NCBI GenBank assembly: GCA_965227295.1
Contig: OZ245742.1
Span: 5,280,001-5,344,000, forward strand
Origin: Leptonemataceae bacterium
Lineage (GTDB): Bacteria; Spirochaetota; Leptospiria; Leptospirales; Leptonemataceae
DNA: 64,000 bases
Direction: 5' to 3'
The translations under genes were made by a program, and so were the position numbers. Positions 40,960 through 50,437 of this stretch are shown piece by piece. Every line of letters starts with the position of its first letter. Position 1 is the first letter of the stretch. Below the pieces are notes generated by a model. It had not been told where the DNA came from. It did no database searches and was given only the letters and a program-made list of their open reading frames with translations.

Positions 40960-42762
40960 ATGCATTCTCGGTACAGTATTCGATTATTCGTCCTGCTCAC
41001 GCTCCTCTCGCGCTGCACAACCGGAGGCGAAGACCCGGCACCGGCCTGGCTGCTGCCCGGTCCGTTCCTGGAGCCGCCGGGAACAATGCGCACTTACTTT
41101 ACGTATCCGCAGTCCGACGCCGGCATTCCGGATCGTTTTCGTGCACGCAACGCCGTGCTGGATCGCATCCACGGGGCGGCCGGACGCATCGATGCCTTCG
41201 TCTACGGCTTCAACGAGCCGGAGATGATCGCGGCTTTGCGCCGGGCCAGGGACCGCGGCATCGCACTGCGCATCATCGGTTCGCCGGACCAGGGCTACAC
41301 CGAGGCCGAATCGGCGGGCCTGACGATCGAACGACGCGCGAAGTCGGGTCTCCAGCACGTAAAGCTGTTGCTCATCGACGATCGATTCTTAATTTCCGGT
41401 ACGGGAAACTTTACGCGCAGTGGTTTCTTTCAGAATCACAACGTCTTCTTCGAACGCATCGTCGATCCGGCGACGGCCGCGCGGGTTCGTCGGAGTTTGC
41501 TCTTCGAAGATGAACCCTCCCTGCCGGCCGTCATCGATCTCGGCCCGGCGCCGTTTTCACCGGTTCGCGACCGCGCCTTCTTCGCGCCGCGCCACGGTCG
41601 GCTCATCCAACGCGAGATCGTCCGGGCCATCCTGGCGGCAAAGCACAGCGTTCGTTTTTTGATCTTCAGCTACACCGACCCGGTGATCTCGGCCGCCCTC
41701 TATGCTCAGGCCCGACGGGGAATTGCGATCGAGGGCGTCTTTGATGACGAGTTCAATCGCGGCGAATTGAAAGAGGACCATGCCGGTGCGCGGCTGAACG
41801 CGGGACTCGGCCTCGTCCCGGCCGTGTTCTATTTAGAAGGCAATCGCGCGGTCACGGCGGAGGCGATCGCTACGGACGAAGACGGGGAACCCGAGCAGTT
41901 CGCCTATCACGGCGGCCATCTGCATCACAAAACGCTGATCATCGACGACAAACGCGTTCTTACCGGTTCGTACAACTGGTCGCTCTCGGCGAGGGATCGG
42001 AACCTGGAAATCCTGTTTGATCTGCACGACCCCGCGGTGGCGCGCGGTTTCGTGGAGGAGTTCGAACGCATTCGCGGACGGGCCCGCATTCTGCCCCGCG
42101 CTCCCTTCGATCCCGAAGTGCGCGACCGCATGTTGATCGGCTCGGCCGCGCCCCTGCACTTCGAAGATTACGGCGGCGAAATCCTGGCCTGCGTCCATGC
42201 TAACATGACTTCTCTTGATCTTAGCATATTCTCCGGCCGCGGAGCGTATTTTCGCGGCTATCATTTACCCGGCGGCAACGCCTGCCGCGATCCGGGCCGG
42301 CCGGGACGCGCGTCCTTCGGCCCGCTGTCCGGAACCGGCTACGGCCTGCCGGCGTCCGCCGGAACCAGGATCTTTACGGGCGGCCCCCTGGAGGACGGAA
42401 CCGCCGAAGCGCCGCGGCCGTGCGAGTTCGGCTGCGGAATACTGGAACTGCATCGCGCGCATCCGGAGGACGGCTGGTTCTGGCTGAAGGCTCCCGTCCC
42501 TTTACGTTCAGTGTACGTCTGGAATCGCGGCGGCTTTTCGGCGGAGCTTTCGCTGCAGCGAGTCAGCGGGGATTTTTATCGTTACCCGCCGCCGGAGCCG
42601 GGCGGTGGAGACAACCTGGTCTTCGCGCGGGATGAGTCTGGCGACTTCCGGCTCGGCTGCATAGTCTCCGGCGCCGGCCTGGACCGCGGTCTCCAGGACT
42701 TCCTCGACACCTTCGAGGTCGAAAGCGGGCACCGGCCGCCGTGCATCGCCGCGGAGTTATAG
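40960..42762 (+). CDS. Phospholipase D/nuclease-family lipoprotein with two HKD motifs
   Basis: HVKLLLID...GTGNFT and HHKTLIID...GSYNWS; lipobox-like LSRC. Confidence 0.9.
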   Translation: MHSRYSIRLFVLLTLLSRCTTGGEDPAPAWLLPGPFLEPPGTMRTYFTYPQSDAGIPDRFRARNAVLDRIHGAAGRIDAFVYGFNEPEMIAALRRARDRGIALRIIGSPDQGYTEAESAGLTIERRAKSGLQHVKLLLIDDRFLISGTGNFTRSGFFQNHNVFFERIVDPATAARVRRSLLFEDEPSLPAVIDLGPAPFSPVRDRAFFAPRHGRLIQREIVRAILAAKHSVRFLIFSYTDPVISAALYAQARRGIAIEGVFDDEFNRGELKEDHAGARLNAGLGLVPAVFYLEGNRAVTAEAIATDEDGEPEQFAYHGGHLHHKTLIIDDKRVLTGSYNWSLSARDRNLEILFDLHDPAVARGFVEEFERIRGRARILPRAPFDPEVRDRMLIGSAAPLHFEDYGGEILACVHANMTSLDLSIFSGRGAYFRGYHLPGGNACRDPGRPGRASFGPLSGTGYGLPASAGTRIFTGGPLEDGTAEAPRPCEFGCGILELHRAHPEDGWFWLKAPVPLRSVYVWNRGGFSAELSLQRVSGDFYRYPPPEPGGGDNLVFARDESGDFRLGCIVSGAGLDRGLQDFLDTFEVESGHRPPCIAAEL

Positions 42763-42777
42763 CTAACTTTCGATGAG

Positions 42778-44874
42778 TTATATCTTGTACTCGATCTTCA
42801 TGAGCGAAAGATCGTCCGTAATTCGCCCGATCGTTTGCAGGCGACGGATGATTGCCTCAATGTCACCGTGGCATTCGGCAACGACCTCGAGGAAACGCTG
42901 TTCGTCGCTGTCGATCATGCGGCCGTGTTCGTCGCCGGCCCCGAGGGCCAGGTCGTCCCGGCCGTCGGAGCCGGCGACCAGGATGTCTCCCGGTTCGAGC
43001 TGCACCGGCTCAATGTGCAAATCCTCGAACGAAACACCGGGCAGGTCCAGGGCGTCGGGCGCCCCGATCTTACGCAGACTGAGCGGCAACTCCAGGAAAC
43101 TCGCGTTGCCGTCGCGCAAGAGGACGGTGTTCGGATGTTCGGCGTTGATCGCGTAGACTTCCGCCGTAGAAATTCGAATCAACATCAGCACGAACGAGGC
43201 GAGCATACCGCCCTCGAACGGCAGGAACGTGCGGTGCAACTCCGCGTAGGCATCACGCAGCCATTCCACCGGTGAACCCGCGGCGTCTCCGGCCCGTGTG
43301 CGATTGACGATGGCCTGGTAGGCGACGCCCAGAACGATGGCACCGCCGGCCCCCTGCATGGACTTGCCCATGGCGTCCGCATTCAACAACGCGAGATATT
43401 CCTGACCGCTCCCGTCTCCCAGGCGCAACACATCCGCCATGCACAGGTCCCCGCCGATTTCCTGGTCCTTCCAGTCCTTAAATTCAAAGCGCTTCTTTTG
43501 TTCGACCCGGTGCGCCACGGTGATCCGCCCGACCTTGAGTTCGATCGTGGATCGCGGCCGGGCCAGGGGACGCATGAGCCGACCGATCAAAAAATAATCG
43601 CCGTCCTGCTGCTCCTTCAAGCGACGCACTTCTGCCAGACTCTCGCGCAATTCCCGGGTGCGACGCTCTACTTCGCCTTCGAGATTCTGGGCGTGGTCTT
43701 CGAGACGCGCCCGGGCGTCTTCCAGTTCCCGCGAGTACTCACGCAAACGTTGTTGCACTTGATCGTAGCGACGGGAAACGACCATCGCCATGCACAACAG
43801 CAAGCCGACGAAACCGTACGTGAGCATTTGTTTCGGCCAGGCGTAAAAACCGAGCACGCCCAACAGATCGTAGATCGCCACTGCGGTAAAGATGCCGATG
43901 CCGCCGGCGATCCAGCGCGCCTCGCGGTTGCCCTGGAGCGCCGCGCGCACGATCACCGCGAAGAGGGCGAGGGCCGAAAAGAGCAACGTATAAAAGAACA
44001 GGGTCAGCGACGCATAAAATCGCACGAGCCCGCTGACTTCGAGAAGCCAGAAGACCAGGGCCGTCACCACGGCAAAGCCCACGAAAAAACGAACAAAGCG
44101 CGAGGGAACGACCTGGTAAAAATACCAGGCGATCGTCGCGGGAAGAAAGTAGAGCGACGTGTACTCCAGAAAAAGCCAGGCACCCGGCGCAAACGCAACG
44201 ACGTATTGCAGACGCAACGTACGATTCGAAATGAGATACAAGCCGGCCGCAAGACACAGGAACACAAACGCCAGATGAATGCGCTCCAATGAGCGACGAC
44301 GCACGTAGAGAAATAATACGAACAGCGCCGTCACGAGTATCAACACGCCCGCCACGAATCGATCGACGTCCTGTTGTACAATCTCATGCAACAGCTCGTC
44401 GCGACAGCCCAGGCGCGGCGTGCCGGCGATGCCCGCGGTCGGCGCGCCCGAGTAAATGTGAAAGATCAATCGACCCGCACTCTTCGGCAGGGAAATGAGA
44501 TGAAAGGGCCAGCCCGCGTAACCGGCGGCCCCGCGCTCCACGTCGCCGAAACGATAGACGACTTCACGGGAATCCTCGCGCTCGTGGTAGACGGTGAAGC
44601 TCTGATTTACGAAAGAAAGATACAGCGCGGGATCGCGACAGGACGTAACCGGCACCGGCACGCGCAGAAACAACTCACGGCCTTCCGGGATCGGCAACGG
44701 TCGCAGCCGATCTTCGCCGAAAGCCTCACTGAACGTACGCCACTCCGCATCCGGGGCGTGGCGAAAGGACCAGCCGTGATCGAAAGGCTTCGGCTCGAAG
44801 GCCACGTCACCGTACACCGGCGCGACGGAGATAAGTAACATGCTGAAGATGATGAAACGATCTCGAACGATCAT
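42778..44874 (-). CDS. 7TM-DISM sensor with SpoIIE/PP2C phosphatase
   Basis: Periplasmic domain, 7 TM helices, coiled coil, 'QQDGDYFL', GGDL, DAMGKS, GSDG, DDLS. Confidence 0.92.
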   Translation of the reverse strand: MIVRDRFIIFSMLLISVAPVYGDVAFEPKPFDHGWSFRHAPDAEWRTFSEAFGEDRLRPLPIPEGRELFLRVPVPVTSCRDPALYLSFVNQSFTVYHEREDSREVVYRFGDVERGAAGYAGWPFHLISLPKSAGRLIFHIYSGAPTAGIAGTPRLGCRDELLHEIVQQDVDRFVAGVLILVTALFVLFLYVRRRSLERIHLAFVFLCLAAGLYLISNRTLRLQYVVAFAPGAWLFLEYTSLYFLPATIAWYFYQVVPSRFVRFFVGFAVVTALVFWLLEVSGLVRFYASLTLFFYTLLFSALALFAVIVRAALQGNREARWIAGGIGIFTAVAIYDLLGVLGFYAWPKQMLTYGFVGLLLCMAMVVSRRYDQVQQRLREYSRELEDARARLEDHAQNLEGEVERRTRELRESLAEVRRLKEQQDGDYFLIGRLMRPLARPRSTIELKVGRITVAHRVEQKKRFEFKDWKDQEIGGDLCMADVLRLGDGSGQEYLALLNADAMGKSMQGAGGAIVLGVAYQAIVNRTRAGDAAGSPVEWLRDAYAELHRTFLPFEGGMLASFVLMLIRISTAEVYAINAEHPNTVLLRDGNASFLELPLSLRKIGAPDALDLPGVSFEDLHIEPVQLEPGDILVAGSDGRDDLALGAGDEHGRMIDSDEQRFLEVVAECHGDIEAIIRRLQTIGRITDDLSLMKIEYKI

Positions 44875-44991
44875 GGAGCAGAACGAAGCAGGCGGCGACG
44901 TGCATCATACCGCAAGAAAAATCTTTTTCGCCGTCGGGGTGAAAATGTAAATAACGTTGAACATCGCCGAAACGGCCGCGTCGAAGCAAAC

Positions 44992-45873
44992 ATGAACCGA
45001 ACGATCCTGCGCTTCGCAACCGCGACCGTTTTTTCGCTTACCGCGGTCGCCTGTTTTCCCGGCAGCGAAAAGCAAGCCCCCCTCAACGAAAGCCTGCGCC
45101 CCTGGAAGAACGATGCGGAGCGCGTGGAGCTCATGTTCGCCGTGGCGGCCTTCGCGGCCAGCGGCAGCCAGCCGCACGGCAGCCAGGCGCACGGCGACGA
45201 AGCCGGGGGCGCGACAAAAAGCAGCGATCCCACCCCGAACGCCTGCATCCAGCGTACGCTGGAAGAACTTCACAAACCGCAAGACGACGTCGGCGAGGCC
45301 GTAAAACAACTCGAGGAACCACGCAATACTCCCGCCGATGAAAAACGCGACGATCCGGCGCCTGTCAAACTCCGGCAGGACAGCTCCCCGGCTGTCGCTC
45401 GCGAACCCGATCCCCTCCACGACTGTCGCGATGCGTTGCGCTCGTGCGGCAACTGCCACATGCCGAAGCAAAACAACTGCAACTATACCGTGGAGTACAG
45501 CATCGACGGCAAGACCGTGAGGCGCGCTTCGGGACAATTCGACGTTGCACAAAACGGCACATTGACCGAACGCCCCGGCTTCTTCAAAGAAGAGGTATCC
45601 TCTAACGACGGCCCCATCGCTTCGAAAGACGTCGTGCGCACCGTGTGGCTGAACGGCGCGGATCCGGTCATTACCTGGTGGGACTTCAAACAACTGAACG
45701 GCCGCGGCTCCACGGCGAAACGCATGATGGCCATCGCCGCGCAGCACAACGTCGCGTGCTCTAACTGCCACGTAGGTCACGGAGACTTTCAGTTAACGCA
45801 AGAAGGCGAAACGTTCTTCGAAAGCGGCAAGGTCATCCACCGCGTGCCGCTGAAAGAAATGCTCGGCAAATGA
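44992..45873 (+). CDS. Putative di-haem c-type cytochrome lipoprotein
   Basis: Lipobox TAVAC; CGNCH and CSNCH haem-binding motifs. Confidence 0.7.
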   Translation: MNRTILRFATATVFSLTAVACFPGSEKQAPLNESLRPWKNDAERVELMFAVAAFAASGSQPHGSQAHGDEAGGATKSSDPTPNACIQRTLEELHKPQDDVGEAVKQLEEPRNTPADEKRDDPAPVKLRQDSSPAVAREPDPLHDCRDALRSCGNCHMPKQNNCNYTVEYSIDGKTVRRASGQFDVAQNGTLTERPGFFKEEVSSNDGPIASKDVVRTVWLNGADPVITWWDFKQLNGRGSTAKRMMAIAAQHNVACSNCHVGHGDFQLTQEGETFFESGKVIHRVPLKEMLGK

Positions 45874-45876
45874 ACA

Positions 45877-46818
45877 TCAACAATCGGCGAGGCCGCAGTC
45901 CTCGTCCGGACGTTCCACTTCGATGGTGGCGTGGTCGATGGAGTTTTCCCGGGCAATGGCGCGGACGGTGTTCTTGATCTCGCAGATCTCTTCGAAGACC
46001 GCGCCCTCGGAGACGACGACGTGCGTGGTCAACACGTTATACGAACCGTCGAGGGACCAGACGTGGGTATCGTGCAACGAAGCGACGCCTGCCGCCCCCG
46101 CGATGCGCCGTTCGATCTCCGGCACGGACACGGACTTCGGCACGCTCTGCAAGAAGACCTTCGTCGTTTCGTAGAGCATGCGCACGACGTTGTAGAGGAT
46201 GAACAAATTGATGCCGATGGATAACAGCGGATCAAGCACCGGCAGATCAAAAAAGAGCATGACCGTGGCCGTAATCAACACCGCGATCCAGCCGAGCACG
46301 TCTTCCAGGAGATGCCAGCGGACCATGCGCTCGTTCAGCGAACCCGCACCGTGCAGACGCAGCACTGCGAGGCCGTTGAACAAAATACCGGCCAGGGCGA
46401 AACCGATCATACCCGGCACGTGGACCGCCTCGGGTTCGAAGAGTCGCGGAATCGCTTCGAAGAAAATGACCACCGCCCCGGCCACCAGGAAGAGCCCGTT
46501 GAACACGACGCCCAGCAACGAGAAGCGCCGGTAGCCGTAAGAGAACGTCTCGTCGCGTCCGCGCCGCGACACGCGCTGCATGATGATAGCGAGAAGTAAC
46601 GCCATGCTGTCGCCGAAGTCATGGAGGGCGTCCGCCAGGATGGCGACGCTGTTCGTCCAGAAGCCGCCGATGACCTCGGCAATGGTGAACACGAGGTTCA
46701 GCACAAAGGCCACGGTCAGATTGCTGACGGAACCGTCGTCGCCGGACTGGCCGTTGTGGCGATGTCCGTGGGCGTGATGATGACCGTGGTCGTGCGCATG
46801 TGCGTGAGTGCCGCCCAT
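45877..46818 (-). CDS. Cation diffusion facilitator (CzcD/ZitB-like Zn/Co/Cd exporter)
   Basis: His-rich N-terminus, ADALHDFGD, SYGYRR, HLLEDV, HDTHVW. Confidence 0.93.
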   Translation of the reverse strand: MGGTHAHAHDHGHHHAHGHRHNGQSGDDGSVSNLTVAFVLNLVFTIAEVIGGFWTNSVAILADALHDFGDSMALLLAIIMQRVSRRGRDETFSYGYRRFSLLGVVFNGLFLVAGAVVIFFEAIPRLFEPEAVHVPGMIGFALAGILFNGLAVLRLHGAGSLNERMVRWHLLEDVLGWIAVLITATVMLFFDLPVLDPLLSIGINLFILYNVVRMLYETTKVFLQSVPKSVSVPEIERRIAGAAGVASLHDTHVWSLDGSYNVLTTHVVVSEGAVFEEICEIKNTVRAIARENSIDHATIEVERPDEDCGLADC

Positions 46819-46989
46819 ATACGGTCAGTATCGCAATCCGACTGAATTGCTCAAGCAAGAACCACGGCGCCGGCACCGATGTGATTGACAGATCCGTCCC
46901 GACTTGCAGCATTCCGCATGCTCAAGAATTGCTGTTCTTTCTATTATAATCGATCGAAGCAGCGCCGGTTTCGGCCCGTCGGGTTCCTC

Positions 46990-48504
46990 ATGCTGAGCCT
47001 GGCCGTCCTTCTTGCGTCGGCGGTGTCACTGTCCGCCCAGGACGATCTGGAAGTGGAAGGCGACGCAGCATCAGCAGAACCCGCCGTCGGTTCCGGCACG
47101 TTGTCCTACAGCGAGTTCCGGATCTTCTGGGAAAACGACGCCATCTACGGCGAGACGGATTTTTATTACACCAACGGTCTGCGTGCGGAACTCGCCACCG
47201 TCGAAGACGAACGGCTCATGCGGGAGGACTTCCTGTACGACCTCGCCATGCCCGCGTCGCTCCAGAGCTCCGGTACCCTGGCGGAGTCCGGCTGGGCCCT
47301 GGGCCAGGACATCTACACTCCGACGGACCTCACCGTCTCGGACATCAGCTATGGTGATCGTCCCTACGCCGGTTATCTTTACCTGGGCCGCTTCTATTCC
47401 GTGGCGAGCGATGACACCTACCACCGCTTCGAACTGGACCTGGGCGTCATCGGACCGGCCTCCGGAGCCGCCGAGGCACAAACATTCATTCATGAGCGGT
47501 TAACGAGTTCCGAGTATCCCCAGGGCTGGGGCTGGCAGATCCCGAACTATCCCACGGTGCAGTTCGAGTACGACTACAGCAATCGCCTCTTTCACACGCC
47601 CGTGGCGGACCTGGCGGGCAACTTCGGCCTGCGCGCGGGCAACGCGTTCACGGACGCGAGCTTCGGTGTCACCCTGCGCCTCGGTTATATCGGCGATGCG
47701 AACAAAGGCTACCTGCCCCTGGAAAGTACTCCCGGCCACATCGACGCGACGCAGGGCGGCGGCTTTGCCATGTATCTCTTCGCACGTCCCGAGGCCACGG
47801 TGGTCGGCTACAACGGCACGCTCCAGGGTCGGCCGGGCAGTGATCGCTACGTGGAGCGCGGCACGGACCCGCTCACGGATTACACGGCATACAGTGTCTT
47901 ACAGAACAGCATCAACCCCGCGGCGGAGGACCTCACGTATCTCGGTTACTTCAGCCTCATCGAGGACCGGGACACGCTCACACCGCTCGGCCGTTTCTTG
48001 ATCTTCAACGACACCGTGGGATCGAACGTGAGAAATCCCGGCATGCAGTTCCTGGTATACAACACGCTCTTCGACGGCGGACGGACCATCGATCCGAACG
48101 TCCGCGACCTGGTGGCCTCCAGTCTTTTGACCGGCGCCGAGAACTACGATCCGGTGAGCCTGTGGTTTATTTCGAAGACCCTCGGCCGCAAAAACGGCGA
48201 GCCCCTGGATCCGGTGGCAAAGTTCATCGCGTATCGCATCATGAACAACAACAGCGCCATGACCCTCGACGATCTGGTCAGCTACACCATCTATTCGACA
48301 CTCTTTCAGAAGTCCCGCCCCGGCCAGACCTACACCGTGGAACCGCGACGCTTTTACGGAACGTTGCGCGTGGGCGCGGTCTTCCAGTACGGCGACTTTT
48401 CTCTGCTCACCGCCGTGGCCGTACGCAGCGCCGAATTCTTCCAGGGCGGCTTCCTCCCGGAAGAACAACGCTGGTTCACGTTGCAGTTGTCGACGCGGTT
48501 TTAA
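46990..48504 (+). CDS. LpxR-family (lipid A 3'-O-deacylase-like) outer-membrane protein with a large insertion (start could be further upstream, to 46885)
   Basis: WEND, YYTNG, GQDIYTP, DRPYAG, GVIGP, YNGTLQG, terminal Phe. Confidence 0.82.
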   Translation: MLSLAVLLASAVSLSAQDDLEVEGDAASAEPAVGSGTLSYSEFRIFWENDAIYGETDFYYTNGLRAELATVEDERLMREDFLYDLAMPASLQSSGTLAESGWALGQDIYTPTDLTVSDISYGDRPYAGYLYLGRFYSVASDDTYHRFELDLGVIGPASGAAEAQTFIHERLTSSEYPQGWGWQIPNYPTVQFEYDYSNRLFHTPVADLAGNFGLRAGNAFTDASFGVTLRLGYIGDANKGYLPLESTPGHIDATQGGGFAMYLFARPEATVVGYNGTLQGRPGSDRYVERGTDPLTDYTAYSVLQNSINPAAEDLTYLGYFSLIEDRDTLTPLGRFLIFNDTVGSNVRNPGMQFLVYNTLFDGGRTIDPNVRDLVASSLLTGAENYDPVSLWFISKTLGRKNGEPLDPVAKFIAYRIMNNNSAMTLDDLVSYTIYSTLFQKSRPGQTYTVEPRRFYGTLRVGAVFQYGDFSLLTAVAVRSAEFFQGGFLPEEQRWFTLQLSTRF

Positions 48505-48556
48505 TCAATTCGCGCGCCCCGGGCCTAAGTGCGATTGGAGTGAAGTTAAGATTTTT

Positions 48557-48657
48557 TTGGCGCGTCTGCCGGCAAGCTCCCGCCTGTCGGTAGCGCGGCA
48601 GTCGGTTCCCTTTCGGCGACCGCGCTTTCCAGGGCTCCGCCTTACGGCTACGGTTCG
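48557..48657. repeat. Intergenic repeat copy
   Basis: Near-identical to 4492-4590. Confidence 0.85.
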
Positions 48658-48839
48658 CGGTATCGAATCTTTTCGTTACGGCGTATGCCATCAGCGACAA
48701 CGGCAGCGATCTTTTCAGCGAACGAAGAGTCGTACTCGGAGCCTGCACACCGAGGGGATGGCGCGCAGCGCCAGGGGCTGACTATAAAGTCCACGGGAAA
48801 TACAACGTGCCATATTTTAACAGTTTTGCGGCGAAGCCG

Positions 48840-48961
48840 CTCTTCGCGCCAGGGATCGGAAGGGTTGCGCCGTCAGGCGCAAGTCCGGAGCGAAGCGGAG
48901 GACCGCAGGCGAAGCCGGAGCCCTGGAGAGCCCGGTCGCCGCGCAAGCGGCGAGGCGCCCA
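48840..48961. repeat. Intergenic repeat copy in inverted orientation
   Basis: CTCTTCGCGCCAGGGAT...GCCCTGGA.AGCCCGGTCGCCG...GGCGAGGCGCCCA; highly similar to 54156-54284. Confidence 0.85.
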
Positions 48962-49035
48962 GAAGAGTATTTCAATTTTCCCATGTTTTTCAGTGAGAAA
49001 TCAATGTGCTAACTTAAAGTAAAACAATATTTGTA

Positions 49036-49249
49036 TGGGCGTTCCCCTCCGCGCTTCGCGCTCGGTGGGGAAGAGAAGGAATTCCGCCCCGACAAGCGGG
49101 GCGGAATTGGGCGCGCTTTTTTGGCCATGGATGGCCTTATGCCGCGAAGGACAGGATGTCCGAGAGCGGCCCGGGGCTCCGCGAACTCCGGGCTTCACCC
49201 TACGGACGCGCGGCTACGCCGCGCCCCCTCCCATCGCTCGCGCGAAGAG
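49036..49249. repeat. Longer variant of the intergenic repeat
   Basis: Same ends (TGGGCG...CCATCGCTCGCGCGAAGAG); internal hairpin AATTCCGCCCCG-ACAAG-CGGGGCGGAATT and GGCCATGGATGGCC. Confidence 0.7.
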
Positions 49250-49288
49250 AGCTCTCCCGAACCACGAATACCCTGCCGATACATAAAC

Positions 49289-50389
49289 ATGGCCTCGTAC
49301 CTTCGCATGACGCTGCTCGGTCTGGGCACGGTGTTGTTGCTGTCGACGACCGCCGCGGCGCGGTCGTGGCACGGAGATCGCACGCAAAGCCCGCCGGAAG
49401 ATTTCCGCCTGGTCATCCTGGCCGCGGCCGATCGTGCCGGTCGCTTCGACGTGGACGACGAAGGCCGGGGCGGGCTCGCCGCGTTACACGCCTACGCCTC
49501 GGCCATGCGTAGCCGGCTGACGAACGGCCGGATCGGCGGCCTGGTGCTGATCCACGCCGGCAATCTCAGCGGGGCCCGGAACCCCACGGACCTCCGCAAG
49601 GCACTGCTGTATCCGGAACTGAATCTGTCGCGCTACCTGGAACTGGACGCGGTGGGACTCAGCGCCGCGGAGATCCAGGCCTTCCACGCGCTGAGCGAGG
49701 ACCCCGGCATCCGGGGCGTGCCGGCCCTGAGTTTCAACTATCGCCCCGAGACGGCGAATCGCGAATCGTCGGCGCCGCTCCAGTACCGCATCGTCCGACG
49801 GAGTTCCTACACCACGCTCATCACCGCGCTGACGCCAGGGCCGGAGCCGGCCTTCGCCGCGAAACCCATCGACGGCCTGCACCTCGAACTCTCCCGCCAC
49901 TCCGGCGCCGATCTCAGCATTCTCATGGCCCGGGACGATACGCCGCTGCTCAAGGACGACGCGTTCTGGGAGACCTTTTTCCCGACCACCCCGGACAGCC
50001 TGAATCCCTATCGCATCCCCGAGGACAATCGCTTCGCCACGCACTGGCTCATGATTACCCACGGCGCCCCGCGCAACTCCTTCGAACGTCTGACGGAAGG
50101 CCCCTACATCTGTCGCCTGGCGGATGATGCGGTCTGCGAGATTACCGTGGAATTCCGCCGGCGTAAGATTCGGGGCGTGCACGCACGCTTCGTCCGTCTC
50201 AACGATCCGCAAGACCCGGATACCTGGTTCGCCCCGGATCCCCTGCTCCGCCGCGTACTGAAAGGCCACCAGCCGCCGACGTACCCGGAAGAATCCGAAG
50301 AGAAACCGGAGCAACAGGACGAACCGCGCGACAGCCACGAGCGCCGGGACGATCCGCCGGTGCAGGGCGGGGAAACCCACACCATCTGA
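49289..50389 (+). CDS. Exported 5'-nucleotidase-like (metallophosphoesterase-fold) protein, apparently degenerate
   Basis: Start MASYLRM at 49289 with signal peptide; 'LVILAAADRAGRF...GGLAAL...LIHAGNL...LDAVGLSAAE' aligns with nucleotidase motifs but lacks several metal ligands. Confidence 0.6.
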   Translation: MASYLRMTLLGLGTVLLLSTTAAARSWHGDRTQSPPEDFRLVILAAADRAGRFDVDDEGRGGLAALHAYASAMRSRLTNGRIGGLVLIHAGNLSGARNPTDLRKALLYPELNLSRYLELDAVGLSAAEIQAFHALSEDPGIRGVPALSFNYRPETANRESSAPLQYRIVRRSSYTTLITALTPGPEPAFAAKPIDGLHLELSRHSGADLSILMARDDTPLLKDDAFWETFFPTTPDSLNPYRIPEDNRFATHWLMITHGAPRNSFERLTEGPYICRLADDAVCEITVEFRRRKIRGVHARFVRLNDPQDPDTWFAPDPLLRRVLKGHQPPTYPEESEEKPEQQDEPRDSHERRDDPPVQGGETHTI

Positions 50390-50437
50390 AAAATCCTTGT
50401 CACAATTTTCGAAGGCTTCGAAAACTCGACACCCATC

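Noticed and set aside
48505..49288. CRISPR array or tRNA/ncRNA gene in the palindromic intergenic DNA
   Set aside because: There is no regularly spaced identical direct repeat with unique spacers, no cas gene and no tRNA cloverleaf or T-arm consensus that I could recognise.
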